Below, one piece after another: positions 29,066 to 36,645 of a DNA stretch of 36,645 bases. This DNA comes from Gammaproteobacteria bacterium. Lineage in GTDB: Bacteria > Pseudomonadota > Gammaproteobacteria > Methylococcales > UBA2780. The stretch spans positions 1 to 36,645 of the forward strand of contig QNFJ01000002.1 in assembly GCA_003646305.1 (NCBI GenBank), read 5' to 3'. The translations under genes were made by a program, and so were the position numbers. The notes below the pieces were generated by a model that saw nothing but the letters and a program-made list of their open reading frames with translations, did no database searches and had not been told where the DNA came from. Positions within the stretch are counted from its first letter, which is position 1. Every line of letters begins with the position of its first letter.

Positions 29066-29878
29066 TTAATTCAGCTGCTTACGCCTTCCACGAAACAACC
29101 CTAACAAACCAAGACCAAAAAGTGACAATGAAACGGGTTCTGGCACAGCGGCGATCAAAGGATCAACTTGAATCCAGTCATTTGCACAGCCCATCGTCCA
29201 GTGCGCTGTGAATGGCTGGCTCAACAGGCTTTCATCTAAAAAACCAACTGGAATCAAGGCTTCCATAAACCAGTGCTGCCCGCCTAATGCACCAACATCA
29301 CCAGTCATCGCTGAAAAAGCAAACTCACCTTCACCCAATTTTGTACCTGTCATCACAGAGGTTGGGTGTTCATTTGCATAATCTGTCGTTGGGTTCGGGC
29401 TATGATCACTAGGAGCATCCCAAATACCAACATTCCACGCATCAACCTGATAAACCTCTCCAGCCAATCCAATGCCTGAACTCGAATGTTGGCCTGCATC
29501 GCTTCGTGCAATCATTCCGTATTCAAAGCTTCCATCGTTACCAAAATCCAGCGCAATATCGCCCCAGCGCCAACCGGTTGCATTTGGATCACGCCCTGTA
29601 ATAACCGCAACATGGATGGCTGAGCCAGAAACCTTCACATAAATCGCCTCTGCATCATAAGCCTGTCCACCGTAACCAGGATTTAAATAAGCGCCAGAGC
29701 CACCCGTTTGATCATTAACATCGTATTTAACCGCTCCGTCATTCGGCGTCCAGTCACTCGCGGCACCCGCACCTGGTGTAATCCAGTCTGTCCAGTCACC
29801 ATCAACATTAATCGCCTGCGCTCCACCTGAAATTGCCAAAGCAAACCCAGTTACTAATAATTTCTTCCCTAGTTTCAT
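29066..29878 (-). CDS. Secreted PEP-CTERM sorting-domain protein (putative exosortase substrate)
   Basis: Sec signal peptide MKLGKKLLVTGFALAISGGAQA. C-terminal tag VPEPVSLSLFGLGLLGLFRGRRKQ (PEP motif, hydrophobic helix, Arg cluster). Gly/Asp/Trp-rich mature region with a single Cys in HWTMGCANDW. GGGAGA Shine-Dalgarno. Confidence 0.85.
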   Translation of the reverse strand: MKLGKKLLVTGFALAISGGAQAINVDGDWTDWITPGAGAASDWTPNDGAVKYDVNDQTGGSGAYLNPGYGGQAYDAEAIYVKVSGSAIHVAVITGRDPNATGWRWGDIALDFGNDGSFEYGMIARSDAGQHSSSGIGLAGEVYQVDAWNVGIWDAPSDHSPNPTTDYANEHPTSVMTGTKLGEGEFAFSAMTGDVGALGGQHWFMEALIPVGFLDESLLSQPFTAHWTMGCANDWIQVDPLIAAVPEPVSLSLFGLGLLGLFRGRRKQLN

Positions 29879-29930
29879 CAGAAATCTCCCTTATTTCATA
29901 TTTAAATCAAACTTCTATGCAATGTAATAA

Positions 29931-29946
29931 AGCAACCACCGTGCCA
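29931..29946 (-). promoter_or_regulatory. Sigma-54 (-24/-12) promoter directing the PEP-CTERM gene
   Basis: The minus strand reads TTGGCACGGTGGTTGCT (29947-29931), matching the recalled extended consensus YTGGCACGrNNNTTGCW at every specified position. The GC of the -12 element lies about 54 nt upstream of the ATG at 29878. Confidence 0.7.
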
Positions 29947-30000
29947 ATCGCAATAAAGCCTTTAAACTCTCCGTTTATCCTCTACACTTGCTGTTACAAC

Positions 30001-30062
30001 CTGACAGGTTTGTCAGCACAACTGACACTTAAAGCAGAAAATCTCTCTAAAATGTCAGTTGT
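30001..30062. promoter_or_regulatory. Cluster of TGTCAG/CTGACA inverted repeats; candidate enhancer (UAS) for the sigma-54 activator
   Basis: CTGACA at 30001-30006, TGTCAG at 30011-30016, CTGACA at 30022-30027, TGTCAG at 30053-30058. TGTCAG-N5-CTGACA forms a 17-bp palindrome (30011-30027). ACAACTGACA (30018-30027) is mirrored by TGTCAGTTGT (30053-30062). Located about 55-115 bp upstream of the -24 element. Confidence 0.35.
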
Positions 30063-30095
30063 TTCGTAAACTGGATAAATTACGGTTCAGATTTG

Positions 30096-31424
30096 ATGAA
30101 AAAAAAACAGATTTTCAATCTTGAGTCCCTACTGGAGACACATAACCACCCATTTAAAGTAATCGATGCCGCATTAAATGTGGTCGCCGTAAATCGTGCA
30201 TGGGAAATCTATTTTGGGACTGATCGCAATGATTGCATCGGGCAGCCTTGCTGTGCAGACAACGGCAATAATGTCTGCCGCCATAAAAAACTGTTTCAAT
30301 CACTGGAACCTTACGCCGGAGTGTACCCACACGAACTACCTGGAGATGAACAGGCTAACCTGCGCGTTCGGGGTTATCCACTTCTCGATTCAGACGGTGC
30401 ACTTTATATAGGTGAATCCGTTATCCCTACAGCGAGCAATACAAATCATTCCAAGCAACCGCGCATGCTCGGAAAATCTTCTGCATTTAACCTACTCGAA
30501 ACAACACTTAAAAAAGCAGCCAGGGTAGAAACACCCGTTTTACTGCTCGGCGAAACAGGAACTGGCAAAGAACTTGCTGCTGCATTTGTCCATCAGCATT
30601 CAAACAGAGCAGAAGGAAAATTCGTAGTGGTGGACTGTACCAGCCTTGGTGAAGATTTATTCGAAAGTGAATTGTTTGGCCATGAAAAAGGCTCTTTTAC
30701 CGGTGCCGTGGGTGCTAAAAAAGGGCTTTTTCAGTTAGCTCATCAAGGGACTTTATTTCTCGATGAAGTGGGGGAATTACCTCTATCTCAACAACCGAAA
30801 TTACTTCGGGCACTGGAAAGTGGTCAATTCAGGCGCGTCGGAGGCACAACAATACATCATTCGGATGTTCGCGTTGTCTGCGCAACACATCGCAATCTCG
30901 CTGAAATGGTCAGTAGAGGAGATTTCCGTGAAGATCTCTATTACCGTCTATCCGTTTTCCCTGTTCAAATCCAGCCGTTGCGAGACCGCCGCAAAGATAT
31001 TCCACTCTTATGCGATCACCTGCTCAAGCAAATTGGTGAAGTAAATGACTGCCAATACACCCTGACAAAACAGGCTTTAATTAAATTGCTACAGCACAGT
31101 TGGCCGGGCAATATCCGCGAACTAAGGAATATTATGCAGTTGGCTGCCGCATTGTGTGACAACCAGATTATTGATGAATCTAATATACAGATCCAACCAG
31201 CTATTCCAAAAATGGCGCCACCTCCTGATCAACCTGGGGTAGTAACGAAAACGGGCAGCGACATTAACTTAAACCCCCTTGAGAGAATTGAAGCCGACTT
31301 CATCAATGAGTTAATGGAAAAACTGGGCGGAAGCCGCAAAGCCATCGCCAAAGAGATGAATGTTAGCGAGCGTACGCTCTACCGCAAGCTTAAACGTTAT
31401 AACCTCAGCCAGCCCACACATTAG
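30096..31424 (+). CDS. Sigma-54-dependent transcriptional activator (PAS-like Cys-rich sensor + AAA+ + Fis-type HTH), no receiver domain
   Basis: Walker A GETGTGKE, Walker B LFLDEVGEL, sigma-54 contact loop ESELFGHEKGSFTGA, C-terminal HTH IAKEMNVSERTLYRKLKRY. The N-terminal ~130 aa is PAS-like with C48/C53/C54/C62. ATG at 30096 is preferred over the adjacent TTG at 30093. Confidence 0.88.
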   Translation: MKKKQIFNLESLLETHNHPFKVIDAALNVVAVNRAWEIYFGTDRNDCIGQPCCADNGNNVCRHKKLFQSLEPYAGVYPHELPGDEQANLRVRGYPLLDSDGALYIGESVIPTASNTNHSKQPRMLGKSSAFNLLETTLKKAARVETPVLLLGETGTGKELAAAFVHQHSNRAEGKFVVVDCTSLGEDLFESELFGHEKGSFTGAVGAKKGLFQLAHQGTLFLDEVGELPLSQQPKLLRALESGQFRRVGGTTIHHSDVRVVCATHRNLAEMVSRGDFREDLYYRLSVFPVQIQPLRDRRKDIPLLCDHLLKQIGEVNDCQYTLTKQALIKLLQHSWPGNIRELRNIMQLAAALCDNQIIDESNIQIQPAIPKMAPPPDQPGVVTKTGSDINLNPLERIEADFINELMEKLGGSRKAIAKEMNVSERTLYRKLKRYNLSQPTH

Positions 31425-31432
31425 GTATCGAA

Positions 31433-32356
31433 ATGGAATCACATATTATTAACTGGACACTTAAAAGCATCAATGCACCACTGGATGCTTTCTCGCCTCC
31501 AGTCGACATGCACGAGTCCATTAGCCATATTAAAGCGCTCCCCCCGCTCCCTGAAATTGCCCGACACATTATGAAACTGGCTTCAGACCCCTTTTCTGAT
31601 GCACAGAAACTAGCTGAAATTGTTGAGCTTGACCCGCTGTTAACGGCCCAGGTCATCCGCTGGGCCAGCTCATCCATGTATGGCTATCGAGGTCAAATAT
31701 ATTCCGTACAGGATGCAATTAGTCGCGTACTCGGCTACGACTATGTACTAAATCTGGCGATGGGGCTAGCGGCCATGTCACCCTTAAAGACGCCAAAAGA
31801 AGGTACCGTCGGTGCAAAAGAACAGTGGCGTCAATCCCTCGCCAGTAGTTTTCTAATGTCAAAACTCAGTCAGAAAATTCTCCCTGAGAACCGCCCAAAC
31901 CCTCAACAGATTCAACTCGCTGCACTGCTTCACAATATCGGTTTCTTCCTGCTTGGAGACCAGTTTAATGACGAGTTTCATTATCTGGATAAGCTCATCA
32001 CAGCTAATCCAACGCTACCTGTTTCACGAATCGAGAACTTTGCTTTTGGAACCGATCATACCCAACTTGGAACATGGCTGATGCATACCTGGTCAATGCC
32101 TAAACCCATTATCGACATCGTTCACCACCATCATAACCCCTATTACCGCGGTGAAAATCATGCCCTTAATCTACTCACCTATCTAAGCGACACGTTGCTG
32201 GGCAGAATCGGCATTGGTGACGCCATCGTACAGGACTGCCCACCAATCGTTTTCGAACAACTGCACTTATCAGATACAATAGGCGAGAATTTGCTTGATG
32301 ATTTAAACGATAATCTTCAAGCTATTGAATCGACGGCAGAGGCACTCGCATCCTAA
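31433..32356 (+). CDS. HDOD domain-containing signalling protein
   Basis: The HDOD-type opening LPPLPEIARHIMKLASDP.....LAEIVELDPLLTAQVIRWASS and later HN.G / H....G / HHHH histidine clusters match my recollection of HDOD. Starts 8 nt after the activator's stop. Confidence 0.75.
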   Translation: MESHIINWTLKSINAPLDAFSPPVDMHESISHIKALPPLPEIARHIMKLASDPFSDAQKLAEIVELDPLLTAQVIRWASSSMYGYRGQIYSVQDAISRVLGYDYVLNLAMGLAAMSPLKTPKEGTVGAKEQWRQSLASSFLMSKLSQKILPENRPNPQQIQLAALLHNIGFFLLGDQFNDEFHYLDKLITANPTLPVSRIENFAFGTDHTQLGTWLMHTWSMPKPIIDIVHHHHNPYYRGENHALNLLTYLSDTLLGRIGIGDAIVQDCPPIVFEQLHLSDTIGENLLDDLNDNLQAIESTAEALAS

Positions 32357-32450
32357 TGGATTAGCTAGCAACAATTAGACTTCTGCCTTTCCGATGCCCA
32401 GCCCCATTCTTTTGGAAGGTGCTGGCTAACCAAACCTATAACGAAGGCTG

Positions 32451-34115
32451 ATGGCTCAATATATCTACACCATGAATCGGGTGAGCAAAGTGGTGCCGCC
32501 CAAACGTGAAATCCTGCGGGATATCTCTCTTTCCTTTTTCCCTGGTGCAAAAATTGGTGTCCTGGGCCTCAACGGCTCGGGAAAATCAACGTTGCTGCGC
32601 ATCATGGCCGGGCTCGATACAGAATTCAATGGCGAGGCACGTGCGCAGAAAGGCATCAATATTGGCTACCTGCCACAGGAACCCCAACTCGATCCAGATA
32701 AAGATGTTCGAGGCAATGTTGAAGAGGGTGTTGCTGAAATCAAAGCAATACTCGACCGTTTTAATGAGGTGAGCAATGCTTTTGCTGACCCCGATGCAGA
32801 CTTCGATAAATTACTCGCCGAACAGGCTGAACTACAGGACAAAATTGATTCGGCCAATGCATGGGAACTTGAGCGAACACTTGAGATTGCCGCAGATGCA
32901 CTAAGACTCCCCGACTGGGAGGCCGATGTCACCAAACTATCAGGGGGCGAACGTCGCCGCGTTGCACTTTGCCGGCTATTACTCTCAAACCCCGACATGT
33001 TATTGCTCGACGAACCTACCAACCACCTCGATGCTGAATCGGTTGCTTGGCTTGAGCGGTTTCTACATGATTTTCCCGGCACCGTTATCGCTGTCACGCA
33101 TGATCGCTATTTTCTGGACAATGTAGCTGGCTGGATTCTTGAATTAGACCGCGGACACGGCATCCCCTGGGAAGGAAACTACTCTTCATGGCTTGAGCAA
33201 AAAGGAGCTCGACTCGATCAGGAAGAGAAAACAGAAAGCAATCGACGCAAGGCGATGAAGGCCGAGCTGGAATGGGTTCGCACAAACCCTAAAGGCCGCC
33301 ACGCAAAAAGCAAGGCGCGTCTTTCTCGATTTGATGAACTTTCCTCTGTCGATTCTCAAAAGCGTAACGAAACGCACGAAATTTATATCCCACCCGGCCC
33401 CCGTTTAGGTGATGTCGTCGTGACCACTGAAAATCTACATAAAGGATTTGGAGACCGAGAACTAATCGACGGACTCGACTTTAACCTTCCACCCGGCGGA
33501 ATTGTCGGCATTATCGGCCCTAATGGAGCAGGTAAAACAACGCTATTCCGTATGATTGCCGGTACAGAAAAACCGGACTCAGGCTCTTTGTCACTAGGCG
33601 AAACAGTCGTGCTTTCACATGTCGATCAATCACGCGATAGCCTTGATGACAACAAAACCGTCTGGGAAGAGGTTTCCGATGGACTCGATATGGTGACTGT
33701 CGGTCATTACCAAACGCCTTCACGCGCTTATCTTGGTCGCTTTAATTTTAAGGGTGCTGATCAGCAAAAGCGAATTGGAGACCTTTCTGGTGGAGAGCGA
33801 AATCGTGCACATCTTGCAAAACTACTTAAGAGTGGCGGCAACCTGTTACTACTCGATGAGCCAACGAATGATCTCGATGTCGAAACACTAAGAGCCCTGG
33901 AAGATGCGTTGCTTAACTTCCCCGGCTGCGCCGTGGTCATCTCGCATGATCGCTGGTTTTTAGACCGCATTGCAACGCATATACTTGCCTTTGAAGGTGA
34001 CAGTAAAGTGGTCTGGTTTGAAGGCAATTATGCCGATTACGAAGCAGATAGAAAGCGCCGCCTGGGCGATGACGCACTTAATCCTCACCGAATTAAATAC
34101 AAAAAACTTCAGTAA
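32451..34115 (+). CDS. ettA: Energy-dependent translational throttle protein EttA (ABC-F)
   Basis: [54 protein letters not shown]. Two ABC cassettes ([11 protein letters not shown] / [11 protein letters not shown]) and no transmembrane domain. 554 aa. Confidence 0.94.
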   Translation: MAQYIYTMNRVSKVVPPKREILRDISLSFFPGAKIGVLGLNGSGKSTLLRIMAGLDTEFNGEARAQKGINIGYLPQEPQLDPDKDVRGNVEEGVAEIKAILDRFNEVSNAFADPDADFDKLLAEQAELQDKIDSANAWELERTLEIAADALRLPDWEADVTKLSGGERRRVALCRLLLSNPDMLLLDEPTNHLDAESVAWLERFLHDFPGTVIAVTHDRYFLDNVAGWILELDRGHGIPWEGNYSSWLEQKGARLDQEEKTESNRRKAMKAELEWVRTNPKGRHAKSKARLSRFDELSSVDSQKRNETHEIYIPPGPRLGDVVVTTENLHKGFGDRELIDGLDFNLPPGGIVGIIGPNGAGKTTLFRMIAGTEKPDSGSLSLGETVVLSHVDQSRDSLDDNKTVWEEVSDGLDMVTVGHYQTPSRAYLGRFNFKGADQQKRIGDLSGGERNRAHLAKLLKSGGNLLLLDEPTNDLDVETLRALEDALLNFPGCAVVISHDRWFLDRIATHILAFEGDSKVVWFEGNYADYEADRKRRLGDDALNPHRIKYKKLQ

Positions 34116-34122
34116 AAATAAC

Positions 34123-34174
34123 TCCCTACTGAGCAGGCAAGTGGCCAGATAGCGGATTGGCTGCTCAGTAGGGA
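34123..34174. repeat. 14-bp perfect inverted repeat with 24-nt loop downstream of ettA (possible terminator)
   Basis: TCCCTACTGAGCAG (34123-34136) pairs with CTGCTCAGTAGGGA (34161-34174). There is no clear U-tract after it. Confidence 0.5.
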
Positions 34175-34189
34175 ATAAATTCTCCTGCT

Positions 34190-34732
34190 ATGAACCAACG
34201 AGAGCGACACGATCGCCACACACAGATGCTGCAACGTTATAAAAAGCAGCGGCAGCGAAATCTACTGGCAAAGCCCGGCTGTCATGACTTTATTCTGGTG
34301 CTCGATAATTTAAAAGCCGGGTACAACGTCCCTAAAATTTTCAGAAGTGCCCAGGCTTTTGGTGCTCAAGCCATTCACCTGATCAATATCGGCCCATTTG
34401 ACCCTGCTCCCGGCAAAGGTGCCTTTAAGCAGGTTCCCGCGTACTTTCACGAAACTTTTGAAGAATGCTATCAAGCACTCGATAAAGAACACTACAAGCT
34501 CTTTACGCTGGAACCCGAAGAAGGGTGCGACATTAACAAATCATCACCGCCTGAAAAAAGTGTTTTTATTTTTGGTCACGAAGAGCAGGGAATCAGTTTT
34601 GATCTGGCCAACTACCCCGCTATTGAGCGACTAAGAATCCCTCAATTTGGTTCAGTTCAAAGCCTGAATGTCAGCATTGCCGCTTCGATTGTGATGTATG
34701 AGCAGGTACGGCAACATGGAAAAAAGAGCTAA
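34190..34732 (+). CDS. SpoU/TrmH-family RNA 2'-O-methyltransferase
   Basis: Basic N-terminal extension then SPOUT motifs NVPKIFRSAQAFGA, FIFGHEEQGIS and IPQFGSVQSLNVSIAASIVMYE. Confidence 0.8.
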   Translation: MNQRERHDRHTQMLQRYKKQRQRNLLAKPGCHDFILVLDNLKAGYNVPKIFRSAQAFGAQAIHLINIGPFDPAPGKGAFKQVPAYFHETFEECYQALDKEHYKLFTLEPEEGCDINKSSPPEKSVFIFGHEEQGISFDLANYPAIERLRIPQFGSVQSLNVSIAASIVMYEQVRQHGKKS

Positions 34733-34738
34733 CACCTG

Positions 34739-35242
34739 CTACTTCTCAATCTTCTTATTCCGGTGACTGCGATAAAAACCATTCTCAAGCGTTACAACCT
34801 GCGGCTCTCCCGCCCTGACGCTCTCATAATGCCATATCTGACGAAGCCCTTTTTTACTCTCTTTTTGATCAACGCTATCTGGCTCTCCCAGCAATCTTTT
34901 AATCTGCTGTTCACTCAGTCCTTTTACTAATTTCCTCTTTCGATAAGCCGCTTCAATTTTTTGTTGCGCCCTGTAACGTTTTGCCGTTACTTTCTCTGCC
35001 CTAAATTTAGATTTCTGTTCTTTTTGTACACGACGCTCAAGCTCTTTAGCTAATTTAACTTGCTTTGTGGACAAACCTTTACCACCTGTTAGCGGCCTAA
35101 TAGAAGTCAATTCATAATCTGTCGCCACCGGAGGTGTATCACCAAAATGAACAACACCCTCTTTATCCACCCACTTTTTAACCTCCCCCGCCGCACACAA
35201 AACTGGTATCAGCAAAAAGAAAAAACTCACTATTTTAAACAT
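34739..35242 (-). CDS. DUF4124-type periplasmic/secreted protein
   Basis: Signal peptide MFKIVSFFFLLIPVLCAAG followed by KWVDKEGVVHFGDTPP (DUF4124 signature). The ATG at 35242 has a perfect AAGGAGGA Shine-Dalgarno 6 nt upstream, so the listed 35263 start is unlikely. Confidence 0.75.
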   Translation of the reverse strand: MFKIVSFFFLLIPVLCAAGEVKKWVDKEGVVHFGDTPPVATDYELTSIRPLTGGKGLSTKQVKLAKELERRVQKEQKSKFRAEKVTAKRYRAQQKIEAAYRKRKLVKGLSEQQIKRLLGEPDSVDQKESKKGLRQIWHYESVRAGEPQVVTLENGFYRSHRNKKIEK

Positions 35243-35448
35243 TCTAAATCCTCCTTGATTCATATTTAAGGTGAAGCGGAGACAGAGTAACGCTATCCAC
35301 TACAAACCACACACTTTTGTTCAATAACTAAACAAACCACCTAAAAGGTTATTGCCTATTACCAAAGAATGACTACACTTAGCCTAAACGAAATAATATC
35401 GACTTTCGAATACAACATTACATTGAGCCAGCAACTGCCCACAAAAAA

Positions 35449-35859
35449 ATGAAACGAATTACCTGGCTCATTCTGCTCTTCTTCACTTCAATATCTCCGG
35501 TTAGTCAGGCCGTTGAAGTTATTACCCACCCCGACCTGAAAATCGAGTCACTCTCGGCAATTAAAGCACGTAATATTTTTTCCATGCGCTCCCATAACTG
35601 GCCTGATGGCAGCCCAGTTAGAGTTTATGTTCTAAGCGATGATAACGACCTCCATAAACAGTTTTCAAAGCAGAAGCTTGGGATTTTTCCCTATAAACTC
35701 AGACGTGTATGGGATCGATATGTCTTCTCTGGCACCGGACAGGCACCCATAACTGTCGAAAATGAAGACGAAATGATAGAAGTTATCTCTACAACTAAAG
35801 GTGCTATCGGTTACGCTAACAAAGGAAGTGTGAATGTACACATTATTGAAATCCGCTAA
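35449..35859 (+). CDS. Small secreted periplasmic-binding-protein-fold (PstS/PBP_like_2-like) protein
   Basis: Signal peptide MKRITWLILLFFTSISPVSQA. IFSMRSHNWPDGSPVRVYVL and TKGAIGYANKG resemble the single-lobe phosphate-binding-like family. 136 aa. Confidence 0.6.
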   Translation: MKRITWLILLFFTSISPVSQAVEVITHPDLKIESLSAIKARNIFSMRSHNWPDGSPVRVYVLSDDNDLHKQFSKQKLGIFPYKLRRVWDRYVFSGTGQAPITVENEDEMIEVISTTKGAIGYANKGSVNVHIIEIR

Positions 35860-36645
35860 GCAATACAGGGGAATTCCTCGGGTACTTATTGCAGCTCTGG
35901 CAATGTGGACAGGTTCACCTTTTGCCGATGATAGCATCGAAAACTTTCAAATCCATGGCTTTCTCAATCAGGGCTATTTCTTGAGCTCTGACAATAATGT
36001 GTACGGGAGCAGCAGCGACAGCAATGGAAGCTTTGGTTTAACTGAAATTGGTGTCAATGCGTCAACACGTCTACTGAGTAACCTAGGATTTGCTGTACAA
36101 GGGATCTACAGGCACGCTGGAGAGGTCAGTGATGGAGCACGCATTGATTTTGCCCTAATTGACTGGACCATGATTGAAAGAGAAAACTACCAGATGGGTA
36201 TCCGGCTTGGCAGGGTAAAAAACCCACTCGGATTCTATAATGAAACGCGTGATGTCGCTTTTACCCGCCCTTCAATCACATTACCCAGCATTTACCAAGA
36301 GCGTGCACGAAACCTATTTCTAAGTTCAGATGGTGGACAATTTTACTGGAATCATACGTCACCCATTGGAGACTTTTCCTTTCAACTCAATGCCGGAAAT
36401 TTGGACGATGATCTAGATGAAATTGAGCGAAATATTTTTAGCGTCTCCCCCCCCGGAAAGCTCGACCCTAAACCGAGCTACATGGGAAAACTGGAATTCG
36501 AAAATATTGAAGGGTCCACCCTCCTTGCTTTCAGCTATGCCAATGTTGAAATGGACTATGAACCTGCGGCAGTCGATTTTTTTTCCGCTGGGGATCTTGC
36601 CTTTGAGTTGTACATTCTTTCACTCCAACAACGCATAGGAGAAGA
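35834..36645 (+). CDS. Outer-membrane beta-barrel-like protein, 5' part (runs off the window); absent from the supplied ORF track
   Basis: ATG at 35834 is preceded by an in-frame TGA. The frame is open to base 36645 (270 codons). Signal peptide ...RVLIAALAMWTGSPFA|DD, with alternating aromatic/Gly-rich strands (FQIHGFLNQGYFL, GFAVQGIYRH, YQMGIRLGRVKNPLGFYNE). Overlaps the upstream gene by 26 nt. Confidence 0.65.
   Translation, partial: MYTLLKSAKQYRGIPRVLIAALAMWTGSPFADDSIENFQIHGFLNQGYFLSSDNNVYGSSSDSNGSFGLTEIGVNASTRLLSNLGFAVQGIYRHAGEVSDGARIDFALIDWTMIERENYQMGIRLGRVKNPLGFYNETRDVAFTRPSITLPSIYQERARNLFLSSDGGQFYWNHTSPIGDFSFQLNAGNLDDDLDEIERNIFSVSPPGKLDPKPSYMGKLEFENIEGSTLLAFSYANVEMDYEPAAVDFFSAGDLAFELYILSLQQRIGE

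Overview
This window looks like gammaproteobacterial chromosome. Calls rest on E. coli-like tRNA sequences, conserved gene order and protein motifs read by eye; no searches were run.

Layout:
- About 8.1-29.0 kb is one long minus-strand housekeeping block: glyA-nrdR-ribD-ribE-ribB(X)-ribH-nusB-thiL-pgpA, a retropepsin-like protease, tRNA-fMet-rimP-nusA-infB-rbfA-truB-rpsO-pnp, then phaB-phaR, then uvrC-pgsA-tRNA-Gly-tRNA-Cys.
- The left flank (1-8 kb) holds a partial unknown ORF followed by a REP-doublet. After that come a cNMP/CBS/DUF294 nucleotidyltransferase paired with a DnaQ-like exonuclease, class III PHA synthase phaE-phaC, a small convergent ORF, sfsA, ald and nfsA.
- The right flank (29-36.6 kb) is the least ordinary part. 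A PEP-CTERM secreted protein is driven by a consensus sigma-54 promoter. It sits divergent from a receiver-less, Cys-rich PAS sigma-54 activator that is tightly linked to an HDOD protein.
- After that come ettA, a SpoU/TrmH methyltransferase, a DUF4124 protein, and an overlapping pair that runs off the window: a small periplasmic-binding-fold protein and an outer-membrane beta-barrel.

No CRISPR array, IS element, integrase, rRNA or recognisable defence system was seen.

The best candidates for uncharacterised biology are the sigma-54/HDOD/PEP-CTERM module, the sensor-nucleotidyltransferase/exonuclease pair next to PHA synthase, and the truncated envelope pair at the right edge. All functional proposals for these are inference.
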